Positions 23,986 through 36,561 of a stretch of DNA of 49,537 nucleotides are shown piece by piece. The translations under genes and the position numbers were made by a program. Each line of letters starts with the position of its first letter. Within the stretch, counting starts at the first letter, position 1. This DNA is from Chromera velia. Lineage: Eukaryota. The DNA lies in assembly GCA_018398765.1 (NCBI GenBank), contig JAHBMJ010000358.1, positions 1 through 49,537 on the forward strand, in the 5' to 3' direction. The notes under the pieces are model-generated. The model searched no databases and was not told the origin of the DNA. It worked only from the letters and a program-made list of their open reading frames with translations.

Positions 23986-26537
23986 TCGATCGATCGCCTG
24001 CCTGCATCTGCATTCATTGGGGGAGGGAGAAGAGGGGGGAGGGGGGGGTGTGAGTGAGCTCGGTGGGCCAGGGGAATGGAGGGAATGCAGAGGGAGAGTG
24101 GCGGAAGGAGGGCGCTCTGCCAGGCGTTTTCCGTCTCTCTCTTTGTCAATCCATGTGTCAGCGTTTTCTCAGAAAGGCCTCCTTAAAGACTCATCTTTCT
24201 ATGAATGAGAGGCGAAGGGGGCTCAGCTCGCTGCCTTTCTGTGTCTTGCGCTCTTTCTCTCTCTTTCCCCGCCTCTTAGCTAGGTGCTGCTTTTCCGCTC
24301 TTTGCACGTTGCCCCGTCACATCAAGCTTGAGGGTTCCGCCTGTTTTGTGGGGAAGGGACAGAGAGTTGGCGAAGCAATTGAAGGAACGAATTAAATCAA
24401 ATCAGAGTCTTTGAGGCAGCTTCTCAAACAAACAGGAAAATCCACTCATCAGAAAGTGGGTGGAGGGAGGGAGGGAGGCATAGTCAAGTACAGGATTTTG
24501 GATATCCTCGCCAGTTGTTAGAGAGCTCTGGGGAGCTTGGTCGACTGCTTTCTCCTATGCTCTGCTGTTTGCCCCCGGCCGTGCATGAGAACTCTCGCCC
24601 CGACGACCCTCCTTCTTCTTCTTATTCCCTCTGTTCTTCGATACAGCACGATCCCTGCCGTTCATGGCATCACTCCGGTGAGTCCAGTCACTGAAATCAA
24701 GTTCGAATTGAATGATGAATTTGAATCTGCCGTGTAGTTAGCAACTAAGTTGAAAACCTCGCTTCCATCGGTGCATGCCGACTGTCCTCTGGATTGTTCT
24801 GCATGTGACTGCCCGCCAGCTGCCGTGCTGACAGGGTTAATTTCTGTGGGTTTACTACAAATAAGCACCATCATTACCGTAGAGCTAGCCGTGGCCCGTG
24901 GAGAGAGCCTGATTTTTCTAGCAACGATATAATAAATTAACAGCATTCATAGCATGCATACTTGAAGTTTTACACTTTTTTTTCCGGGCGGTATTGACTT
25001 AAAGTTTTAATTTTCTCAGCTTCTAGGCTGTACTTCTTCCTCTTCATTCTGTATTATTTATCTTTTCTCGCTATTTCTCGCTACTCGCTCTATCATAATT
25101 ATTATACTGACATACTCTATCATTCGTTCGACCTCATATTGATTTGACTCTAGATATGACTGAAACAATTAATGTTATCTAGATTCTAGAATGTTATACT
25201 ACGGCAGCAATGATTTATGCCTTCCGTAACTACTATAGCCAATTGTAGTACAAAGACTACTTAATAAACTAGTTAATAAATACTATATTATATTTAAATT
25301 ATAGTATCTATTCAAGGAGAGATCCGAGAGGATTAATGTTCTGGGCCAGGTTCTGGGTTGTCTTGCGGTCTCCTGCACCTTTCAAGCCTAAGTTGTAAAA
25401 AAATACTAGAAATCATTGCATACATGGCTATTACACGCTCTCATACAATATAAACGATTGTTTCTGAATTTTTAATCATGTAATACTTTGATTGGTTACT
25501 AAAATTCCAATCAAAAAAAAGAATTCTTCATAACGTTTTCCTTTCATTTCTGTACCTACGCACAGTTATGTCGAACATCTGAATTCAAAAGTTCACCTAG
25601 GATTTCATTTTTACTACAGGTCCATCCAAACCATCCCACAACCAAAAAGTTGTTGGTCTGTGGTCTCGCTTTTGACTCTTTTTCACTTCGGGCCCTGTAG
25701 GAGGGAACGTGCCCCCTTTTTCTAAAGCACCCTTTTTTGCTTTTCTTTTCATTTCTGCTCCTTCAATTCCTCTCTCCAAAAAGCACCTTTCTCTTTTCAA
25801 ACGATCCTTGTTGCTTGCGGGCAGAGGTGTGCATGTGAAGAGAGAGAATTACAAGCAAGGAAGAAAGTGTCAAACGGACAAGGTGACGTGAGACAAAGCA
25901 GCCGATCAATCGGTCAGTCGGTTGACTGATCAGTTGATCAACAAAGGATCGAAGGTCGATATGCAGACTTCATTCGCTCCATTCAAACAACTGCGGACTC
26001 CTTCGAATTGAATTGCAAGCATCAAATATACAAACAGCTTTCATACAGGAAGGGTGCACGTCTACGTCCGAGGTTCCTCCTCGATCTTGACTTCCCCCCC
26101 CTCTCTCTCCAAAATGTTCCCCCTGCAGATTCCAAAATGGTATCCATGAACCGTTCGCGCGGTGCAAGCATGCATGTATGTATGAGGGGTGACTCCCCCA
26201 TGGATCCTTCCGAGTGCTGTACGTTCGTCACTGCAGGAATTCGTTCAACGGTCTTGTTTCTGCATGCATGCATGCCACCACACCGACTCTCTCTGTGAAT
26301 GGGTGGAAGCTCGCTGGTTTCCGACGAGTTCATAAACGATCCTCTGTTACAGTCCTTCGACCAGTCACTACTCACCCTCTCTCCCTCCCACCCTCCCCCC
26401 CCATCTCTCTTTCTTTCGCCCAGACTCGCAGCCCACCCTCGTCCTGCCCTCACGAAAACACACAGGATCATGCAGACACATACAGAGACGAACGAGCAAT
26501 CCCGCCTGCTGTTCCGCTTCTGCTTCTTCCTCTTGCT

Positions 26538-27170
26538 TCAACTTCCCTCTTCTCCCGCCCCCTCAGCATCCGCATCTTGGAGCTCCTTGAAAGAAGGATG
26601 AGAAGGGTCCAGTTTGACAGGGTAGCCCTGATGAATGCCCTCAATCTTCCTTTTGCTCTTTGTCTCTCTGGCAATTCTTTCGTCCTCTGCCGCCCTGTCC
26701 GCCAACTCCAACAGAGACTTCAGGACATTCACTGCCGCCCTCCACCACAGACCCCCTTCCGCCCCGTGTGCCGCCAGGGCCTTCTCTCGTAGGTCCATGT
26801 ACCGCTGCCGTCTCGTAGCGTCAGTCATGCACTCGAGAACCTCCTGGTGGGAACTGGCTGAGGCAGACAGACATTGACAGGCCACGACTTGAACCTGCAA
26901 GCTCAAAAGAGCACGAAGAGGCGTACAAAGACGGGTGAGCAGAAGCACGAGAGCAGCCAGACAGAAAATAAAGCAGGAACTCCAAAAGTTCAAATCCCAC
27001 TCGCCCACTCCTTCACTGACTCATCGACGCACCCAAATACTTACGTTCTTATCCTCAGGAAACCTCTCCATCGCCTCCAAAAACATTTCAACGTCGCCCT
27101 CCCAACCGCTGGCAAAGGACCTGTAGTAGGCCCCAGAGAAGGCGCTGTCCAGTTGAAACAGTCTGCACAA

Positions 27171-27225
<55 letters not shown>

Positions 27226-27241
27226 TACACACACAATCAGC

Positions 27242-27281
<40 letters not shown>

Positions 27282-28442
27282 CCAGTGTGAAATCCCACCA
27301 CCCACGGTCTTTTGTCTGCACAGTTCTTCATGATTGTCTTGCTTGAACATGACGGTCCTCCTTTTTTTCCATTTGGCTAGCTTGTTCTCTGGCCCAGCGT
27401 TGTTGAGGAGACTCGTCCTGATGTTACAGCACCCAAACAAACAATCGAGTCATCCTGTGACTTACAAGCCTCCGCGACAAAATCGCACAAGTACTCATGT
27501 GGTTATATTCTCGCCAATGATAACGGGGGCGAATGAATTCCCTTTTCTCTGCTAGTATACCGATACAACCCAAACTGAAAATCCACCACTCTCTCTGCCC
27601 TCTTTGGCTGTTCAAGTGAGCGCATGCTCAACTGCTTACATGACAACTTCGCACCCGGCCAGTCACTCACAAAGGCGAAGCTGAGCGACCGACCGACCGA
27701 CAGACAGGACTTACTTTGCCAGCAGTCTGATGCCCTCCCTTGCAGTCACAGTTTCACTTCCCTTCCCAAGCCCCCTTCCCAGCTCGACAACCTTGTTGTC
27801 CAGGTAGAAGCCCATCAAGTCCCGCACAGACGTCAGACGCTCGAGGGCCCTGAGCATCCAGCACAGGGCTTCCGCTTTTTTTGGGTCTGCAGAAAGTGCC
27901 TGCTGGTCGGCTGACAGACTCGCTGCGATCTTTTGGCATCCGGTGTGGAAGCCTGAGGCCGCAAAATAGTAGGCAGAGCTGAGTGAGAGGGTGCAGAGAG
28001 CGTCAACGGACTTTCCGAGACGTGTGCAGAGATCAAAAGATTCGCCGGTGGAGGTTTGAGACACCATTTTGGAATAGGCTTCGATTGCTGGTTTGATTAC
28101 AAGGTCGGCATTTTCCTTGTTTGGATTCTGCTTATTCGCCTGTGAAGCCAGAAAGATACAAGCCTCAAAGAGTTTGCATTGTCGCATCTCGATGGGCTCA
28201 TTCAACTTCGGGTGAAGCTCATCCAATGCCAGAAGAGCGACTGCATAGGGACCCCCCTTGTCTATGTATTCCTTTGCAGTTGGGGATTCCAACCCGGAAT
28301 AGAGGGGCTCTGCGTGTTCAATGAGGGAAACGGTTCGGACTACCCCCACGTGTACTGGAACTCCGACACCTGGGGTCTTCGTTCCCCCGTCTTGGGGGAG
28401 CGAGGAGTCGACAGGGCGAGGCTTGGTTGTGCCACAGCCCAT
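26538..28442 (-). CDS. Predicted N-myristoylated/palmitoylated ARM-repeat-like helical protein, 3 exons, ~400 aa
   Basis: Exons 28442-27715, 27162-27045 and 26894-26538 join in frame with GT-AG ends (1203 nt). Starts MGCGTTK. The segment FLEAMERFPEDKNVQVVACQCL resembles an armadillo repeat. Confidence 0.7.
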
Positions 28443-29059
28443 GGTACGGCGAAAGATTCAAAGTGTATATACGTGTCAAGCTAATGAGCCGAGTTCCCAA
28501 CTGTCCTGCTTTGGAAAGAATGTTTGGGAGATTGTCCACTTCGAGGAAAGGATAGTTTAGTATCGTAATAACATGTGCATGTAGTTCAAGCCTTCGTGCT
28601 CTGGGAGAGTGTCCTGCGTCAGACCCGCGAGTCAATCTCAAGAGTCAAGACAACAACGGCAACAGTTGGGGGGGGGCGAAGGTCAGTCACTCTGCCAGAC
28701 ACGGCGTGCATGCTTTCGGCCGTGACCGAGCTAAACGCGATGGACAGGATTTTTTTTTTTTAATGCAAGCCCGCGCCCCGCGGCCCTAGCTGAGGCGATA
28801 CTGCGGTCCTCAGGCAAACGGACCTTCAGTACACTGAGGAGACAAAGCTGACGTTCGCGTGCAAACGTCACACACGCATACACTCTGTGACAGTCTGACT
28901 TCAGCTTGTGAATCGGAAGGCTAATGTTTCTTGCAGCTTGAAGAAAAAAAAACCGTGTACTGCAGTTACAGGTACATCCAGCCGTGTTGAGCTTTTGATA
29001 CGCAATTGACTGACCTGCATCTCACCAGGCTAGCATCCCAAGGCAAATTTGTAGAAAAG

Positions 29060-32000
29060 ATGGAGGTTCCAGAGGGGCTGCGACATCTCTTTAATGAGAT
29101 CTCGCTAGCGTGGCACGCCACCGCCCTCCGGGCTCTCGACATCGCAAAGAAGTACGCAGAGACGGGTAATGCGGGAAGCCGGCAGGGAACACGACTGGTT
29201 GTTTGCAACGCCGACGAGTTCCTTCTTGCCAACAGCGCCGAGCCCGACGATCATTTGCAGTCTGCCCCCGAGGGAGCAGGAGGGGAAGAGAAGGAAGAAA
29301 AGGGAAAGGGACAGAGGTTGACAAAGTATGGGGGTGTGGAGGAGGGGAATATCCGCAAATTCCCTAAAGATATCAAGACTGAGGAGGGAACGAAAACCCT
29401 CAATGAAAGAATGAACGACGACGGGGCGCTGATTATCGACGGCCTGAGTGGAGAGTTTCGGGCCTCGGGTTTCCGTCTCAAGTACGGAGGGGACGCCTCC
29501 TCCATCGGGGGGGGTCTTGGGGCGGCTTCCTCTGAGGAGTGTGCGAAAAGGGCGCGCGCCTTCGTCCTTGCTGTCTCTCACGATGGGGCTATCAAACTCT
29601 TTGCCGGGCAGGCCAAGCCCGTGCTTTGGAAGGGCGACACAGAGGTGCAGCCTCTGAAGCTTCGCCAGAGGTACCCCCCCAGCCTGAAAGTGGGAGGGGA
29701 CAATTTTTTTGGCCGGTCGGGTCCTCTGGACGAGTTACTTGGGTGGGTCCGGGGGGGGGTGAGAGGTGGGGGTCCCTCAGGTTCAAAGAGAGAGGAGAGG
29801 GAAGGAGCTGAGGCGGAGTCCCCCCCTTTCATCCGAATTTCAGGAATTGGGGGAGTCGGAAAGAGCCAGCTGGCCGCCGAGATGCTCCACCGCTGCGACG
29901 TGCCCCGCACAAAGATATGGCTGGGAGCATCCTCTCGCGAGCATCTGCACGGAGAGGTGCAGGAAGTTTGCAATCTCTTCAGATCAGCAGGGGTGCCAAT
30001 GGATGGTTGTCGGGATCTATGTGAGTGGCTAGAGACAAACAGTCACTGGATTCTGGTGGTGGACAATCTAGAGGACCCAGAGTTGCTTTGGGAGTTCGTT
30101 CCAAGAAACCACACGTGCACAGTCGTCATCACCTCCCGTGATGACGCACGCACGATGCGCCCCCCTCCCCGAGAAGTAAAGCTGGATACCCTTCAGCTCC
30201 CCGACGCACAGACCCTCCTGCAAACTCTGGCAAGAGAACCGAATGACGCGAGTGGTTCCGAGAAGCTCGCCAGGGCCCTCGGATGCCTTCCTCTGGGTCT
30301 TGTAATGGCCTCCTCTCTCGTGCTGGAGAAGCGGGGGACGCTGACATTCAGCGATCTGGCTGAGACTGTGTCCGCGGAGAGGGGGGAAGTTCGGGATTTT
30401 CTTCAGAAGAGGGGGGAGATCCAGAAGTGGACCGAATACCAATTGAGTGTGATCAGTCTTTGGCGGCAACAGCGGCAGTTCCTCTGTGAGGGGGGCCTGT
30501 CGAGGGCTGCCACTCTGATGGAGTGCCTCTCGTTTGCCGACCACCGACAGATCTCGATTGAGACATGCGAGACCGTGGGTTCACTCTCGTTGTCCGCTCA
30601 GCTGTTTGTTGCAACTGCATTCTGCGTTCCGGATCGTGTCGTGAATTAAAGAGGAGTAAGATTTCTAGACGAAATTCGTTTTTTCTTCAGCAGTAGTGCA
30701 GATCTTTGCCCCTCTGCAGTGGCTACTCAATGGGTCTGGTTTTTCTCGTGATCGCTCATTGATAGATTCTCTCATTACGGCAACTCTTATTGATGAAGGA
30801 AAAGCAAGTCGGCATTGCGTTAAACAGAGATCAAACGGTCATTTTGATGTCTGTGTGCAGGTGTACGAGACATGCAGAGAGAGAGACGGCGAGGAGGCAG
30901 GACAGGGATTCCACAAGTGTCTGTCTGAGCTTCTCAAGCAATCTCTTGTAACACAGCTCTCTCACGAAAGACCTAGCGAAAGACACAAAAACGAGTTCGT
31001 TGGGGGGGGGAGAGTATCGATTGAAGTGGAAGACGAGCCCCCCCCCCAAAGATGGAGAACGAAAGGTGGTTTACCATCCATGAGCTGACCCACCTTGCAG
31101 TCCGCACAGAGTTAGAATGGGGTCAAGCTTCTAGGGAGGGGGGTGAGGATGCAGAAGGTCATCTAGCCGGCTTACTACGGAAACGAAGGATTTTCAATTT
31201 GATGGTGCACGCCATGATTGTGGGCAGACGCACACAGAAGACGGGGCGGTGGGAGAGGGAAGAACTGTTTTGCCGTTTCCCGACCCCCAACGGACGACAC
31301 ACTCATCAACTTGAAATACTCAACCGGTGGTCGAAGAGTTGGGATGAGCCATGGGCATTCATAGAATCTCGAGAGGTTGAGATGCTCATGCTGTTATGCT
31401 TCTGGTTTGAGAGGCTGTTCTTTCAGGACCATTGGAGCTCGGCCATCAAACGGCCCTGGTTGGTGAGGGAGATTGAAACCAGGTGGCCTGAAGAAGAACA
31501 TGACACAGAAGAGGAAGAGGGGGTGATCGTGAGAACACTTGTAGGGGAAGTGAAAGCCGTGCTGTTGGAGCTCGCTTATGAGCCCAAGGTAGATATGGCA
31601 AAAGTCGTTACGCTCCTTGCCCATCTGGTCAGAAGCATCCTATGGGGTCAGAACTGGTGGCAACAGAAGTTCTTCCACGAGGTGATCTTGATTCGACTTA
31701 TCAGTCCCTCCAAGTCCCTCCCCCTCCCTTTCCTGGTTCGAGTCGTGAAACCGTTGCTCCCCTTCATGAAAGAGCCCAAACTAGGCTTGCTCCTTGCGGA
31801 TCATCACTTGCGCAATGAAAAGGGCACAGAGGCCTGGAATGCAGTTTGGACTATGTGGCAGGCCTACACAAGAGCAGGAATGCACGAAGGCCCACACATG
31901 GCAAGCATAGGGAGTAGGTTGAACAGGATAGCAGACATGTTGGAGAAGAAGACAGCAACCGCTTGGTCGTCGCCCGAGATGGCAATTCTCCTCTCGTCCC

Positions 32001-34376
32001 CTGCACTTGAGCTCAGAGAGTTCACAGGAATGGGGAGGATCAAGAGAGGTCTGCTTTTCTCTGACCTCGTGTGCAAGGCCATGATCGAGTGGCGGCTTGA
32101 TCGAAATGTCCGTGCCGCAGAGAGCCTCCAAATGGCTTCCTCCCTCCTTCCGACCGAGTGGGACTCCGACAGACTTGCTGCCGAATTTGCCACCGATAGC
32201 GCTTCTGACTCCGCTTCTGAAAGTCTTCCGACCAACCCTCCCCTCCCCCCGATCCCCGACAATATCGCCGTTGACTCTTTGATCTCATTCTTTGAGCTCC
32301 GGAGTGAGATGTGGTGGCATCTGGGCACATGCAGGGCACTCAGAATTGCCGAGCGGTACATGCAAAGGGCAGCCGCAGTCAGCCTGGCGGCATTACATGA
32401 GTATACAGCCGCAGAGAAGCGATTTGAGGAAGACCGACGGTTTGCGCGGGTCCTCGAGGCACTCGAAGAGGGAGAGAAAGGTAATCTGCAGAGCGCTCTT
32501 GAAACGCTCCAGCCCCTCCTGAAAGACTTTGAAATCGCCGTCCAAAAAATGAGCAGCAGCCCACCATGGTCAAAGTGGACGCTTCGATACTTCCTTTTTC
32601 TGCATTTGGCGCAAATGCGCCTGACAGGGGATAAACAGAGCACAGAAGTAATAGACGGTCTGAGTGAGTTCTTGACTGCAGAGCGGCTGAAACAGGGGAT
32701 GGAGCATTACTTGAGAAATCGCGAAGATCCCGTAAAGCACGGATTCGAATTTCTGGACCATTATGTATGGGATGCTGTTTCGGAACTTTTGGAGGAGATG
32801 GGTGAGGGAGGGCAGCGCTCTGCCGGGGACTTAGAACAGGCAATAGAATGCGTGGTGACGATTAAGATGCCCCGGCGCAAGCAGGACGGTGAGTGGTGGG
32901 CAGGGCTAGGAGGTCGGGCTTCATCTGAGGGCTCGGAGCCTCCTGTCGAGTGGCGGGTCCTGCACCCCCTCAATCGTGCACTCCTGCATTGGATGATAGA
33001 AACCTCCGTGGGCCTTCTGCGGAGACGGGGGGAGTCGGAAAGGCTTGCCAAAGTGCTCGCCCTTGCGCTGGAAAAGAAACCTGAGGAGGTGGGGGACGTG
33101 GATGCGGCGGTTGCAGAGCTGAGCAAGCTCCGCAGAGCCGCCTGGAAAGAGACAAAAGCAGCTCTCCAGCTGAGGAGCGGGGGCACTTGCCGCCCTCTTT
33201 TGCGACAATATCACGAGACAGTGGAAGACGACAAGCTGAGGCAGGCACACAAAAACGGTACGTCCTGAGGCGGCAGAGCCAATTAAAGGGAAGCCTACTG
33301 AAGCAAAAGGACAGACAAAGACAGACAGAAAGCATGACGTGCGGAAGGAACACATAAAAGCAAACAGCATTCAGGCCAGGAGGCAGAAAGGTAGGGAGGG
33401 AGGAAAGGAAGGGAGAGGGGGAGAAACGAAGTATTGAAAGAAAATTATAGACAGAAAAGTGAGACGAATGGGGGAAGGAGGGGGGCATGAAAAGAAGCAC
33501 GGGGAACGAAGAAACACAACAAACTGTCTTTTTTGTGCTTAAGATTTCCGGGATTCGGCCACATGTATAGCAAGATCCACCTGGCTTTTTCGACTCTTCC
33601 CCCTCTTTTTGACATTCTTTGCGCTTAATTCCCTCCGCCCCTCTTCCTCATCTTGTGTGTGGCATCATGCAGAGGGTTATCGAATCCACAAGGAACTCCC
33701 GGACTCGGAAACCACAAAGTATCCCATTTTCTTCAAGGCGTTGTGTGAGGAACCACTCGAAATCAATTGCAGAAGAAGGGAGCCTAGCGAGAATCTGGGG
33801 ATGTGGTTTGCCCAAGCACTGGATGGGTTTGGTCACTGGGAGTATAGCATCGCTACTCGCCTCGGATTGGTCGAACTTCAAGCTCCGTGGGCTGCCAGAG
33901 CAGAAACAAGCCCAGGTGACCAAGTCCCAGATGAGCCGGAAGGAAGCTCAGCTGTCTCCGTCATGTCTCATCCCCTTTCGAGGAAGAATGTGGGGAATGG
34001 GCCAGATACACCGGTTAATTCGGCATCTGAGACTCGGGTGGCAGCGAGGCAGAGTTGTGAGACAATGTTTGCTTCTCTTGGCCTACATCCCCCCTCCCGA
34101 CTGCATCAACGGACGCCGGTTCAGTTGGAGGAGATCCTCCCGTCCGGGAATCTCTTCGCGTCAGAAACTGACAAGAAAGAGGTTTTTGCAGCCTCGCAAG
34201 CGCTGCAGGTCGAGCTCTCTCAGACAGTCTCAACTGCTGAGATTCGATCTGGTGCAGCTGCGTTCCTGAGAACCTCGGGGGTTCGGGGGGACTTTGACGC
34301 TCCAAGTGTAGGAGAATTGTTGTCTGCTGTGATCTGTGTTTCACGCATGGGGAAGGAGGGGGGTGGGAGAGGGTAG
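29060..34376 (+). CDS. NLR-like STAND NTPase: DisA_N/DAC-like domain + NB-ARC + winged helix + helical/TPR-like region, ~1540 aa, with one apparent frameshift
   Basis: Exons 29060-30574, 30861-33257 and 33673-34376. NB-ARC motifs: FFGR, Walker A ISGIGGVGKSQLA, Walker B WILVVDNLED, VVITSRD, GCLPLGL, LSELLKQSLV and MHD-like FTIHEL. N-terminal DAC-like motifs: QGTRLVV, DDGALIIDG, GLG, FVLAVSHDGAIKLF. The frame changes at the C10 run 31038-31047. Confidence 0.85.
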
Positions 34377-34997
34377 GGACTCGGCAGAAACTGATGATTG
34401 CATGTTTGCGTTCGTGCCACGTAAGGTAGGCTAGCACTTAAGAAAGCCTGCTACGCTTCTTTCGATTCAAAATTTTGAAGCTAGATCTGCCTTTAAGTTT
34501 GCTGAAGCTTAAGTAGTCTACTTGGTTACCACTGGCAGCTTCAATAGCTACAGTTCAGTAGTTGCTAGTTGGTACATGTTGGTACCTCACACTGGCAAAT
34601 AATATGAAATTATGGAATCATAGCTTCAGAGATATCTTTGCTACCGTGTGACTGCTCATATATTTTAGTAGTGCATAAGTGAGAACTTGAATTGACGTAA
34701 TTTTATTATCATAATATCATTTTAACTTGTTAATCCGTCAATTCTAGTAAAACGACCAGAAAAACGACTCTTTATTAAACCTTTAACTAAACTTAATTCA
34801 GTTGTATAACTTAAACCAAAGATTTAATTGAATTTTCTACTAGTTTTAGTACTAGGTCTACTAAAAGTTATTTTATGTACCAGCACTGCCCAGTAGGGTA
34901 ATTTAAATATTATTATTATTATCAGATGCGTTGCATTGAACGGCTGCAATGTTTACAACTTTAACTTTATTAGGATCAGGCCTTTCTTTGGGTTCCT

Positions 34998-35031
<34 letters not shown>

Positions 35032-35867
35032 TAATTTGACCTCAACCACCTATGAGCTCTCCATGTCTAAGATGATGTCTTCCCACGACCTTGCTTTTTC
35101 TATTAGGAGAGGCTGATCGTCACTCCTTCTATCCGAGTGCTACCGCTGCCGCTGCCCCTCCCTCAACGCTCACTCTTCACACCTCTCCCCTGGTGCCCCG
35201 CAGGCACCCGCTGGCTACTCTGTGGTGCGCTGCTTGCATTTTTGCCTTTATGTATGTGCACACCTGGCCGCAATTTTAATTTCATCATGTACAACTTTAG
35301 CACGAGCTTTAATAACGTGAGTTAAGTCTTAAACGAGTTTTTCAACTAAATTACTAGTATTACTTCTGCATTTTAGATACTGAATTTACTAGTAGGCACT
35401 ATAAAGATTCAATAAAAACAAACTTGATTATATAATTCATTAAATTTATTTAAAGATTTAACTGTATTTAAACTCAATTAAGTATAAAATGCCATACAAT
35501 CGCTGCAATAATGTTTATTTCTTCACTCTTTTTTTTTTTTGCATTGACTTAAAGTTTGTTCCTAGCGTCTGCACTCAATGATACTCATTGAAGAGTCTCA
35601 TTCATGTATGCATGCATTCATTCTGAGTTATTCATTCATTCATTCATTCATTCATTAATTCATTCATTCATTCATTCATTCCTTTAAGCATTCATGAAAT
35701 TTCATTCATTTGTTAATTTGTTTTTCAAATTAAATTAATTTTAACATGCATAATTCATTAAATTATTCATTCATTCATTGAATTTCATTCATTTGTTTAT
35801 TCATTCATTATGGATATAGATATGGATGTTATTGGATGACGATGGCGCTAGCAATGGCGCGTCATAG

Positions 35868-36453
35868 CATAATGTTCCAAAAGCATGCTGGTCCTGTTTT
35901 TTGCTTGTCGATATGCACTTCTTCTGTCTTTTTCCGTTTGGTAAGGGGCGCATGCCGAGTAAATTGATTTTTAAAGCGCGTAAGTCCCCATCTGGATCCC
36001 TAAATGCTGTGCGCACCACCACTGGTTGGCTTGCCTCACACATGATATTCATCTTTCCATGCGCTTCTCTCTTTGACTGATCCCGGCTCGTCTCTCCTGT
36101 CAGTGATTGCACGTTGAGTGACGCACGCTGAGTCCCGATTGTTTACGCAAGTGATTGCTATCCTTAGAATTCTTTCACTTCTTGTTTTGGGCTTTCCGGG
36201 GTTCCCGCACGCAGGGACTCTGTCAAGCGTCTCCTCTCGCATCTATTTTGACTCACAAAATTTCTCATTATTCCATGTCGATCGATTGATAGAATTGAAC
36301 GTTTCTCCTCTCGGAGTGGCTCTTTGCTTGCCATTCTGTAACGACTTTCTCTGGAATAAGGAGTCCAACCTACGGATCGATTTCTTCGTGAGTCTTTATT
36401 TCTATCTTCGTGTGTAGCTAGACATTCGTTCTTATAGTCTAGCACACATCTCG
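35868..36453 (+). repeat. 5' LTR
   Basis: Ungapped direct repeat of 44468-45053, with about 35 mismatches in 586 bp by manual count. Confidence 0.93.
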
Positions 36454-36470
36454 TGGTGCCGGCTCCCGCT
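36454..36470 (+). other. Primer-binding site (tRNA identity not determined)
   Basis: TGGTGCCGGCTCCCG immediately follows the 5' LTR; the TGG start complements the tRNA CCA end. Confidence 0.6.
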
Positions 36471-36561
36471 TTCTTCCTCTGATTTTTTGAGAAAGCGTTC
36501 TTTTTTTTTCCGGGTCGAACGGCTTTTTTCTTATCCGTTTGCTTTCTTCTTAGCTTCTACA

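Noticed and set aside
31052..33268. 738-aa ORF as a separate gene
   Set aside because: It begins at the MHD-like motif that completes the upstream NB-ARC module, so it is better read as the same gene with a one-base shift.
36118..36417. 99-aa ORF repeated at 44718-45017
   Set aside because: It lies within the LTRs, has a GTG start and is duplicated only because the LTR is.
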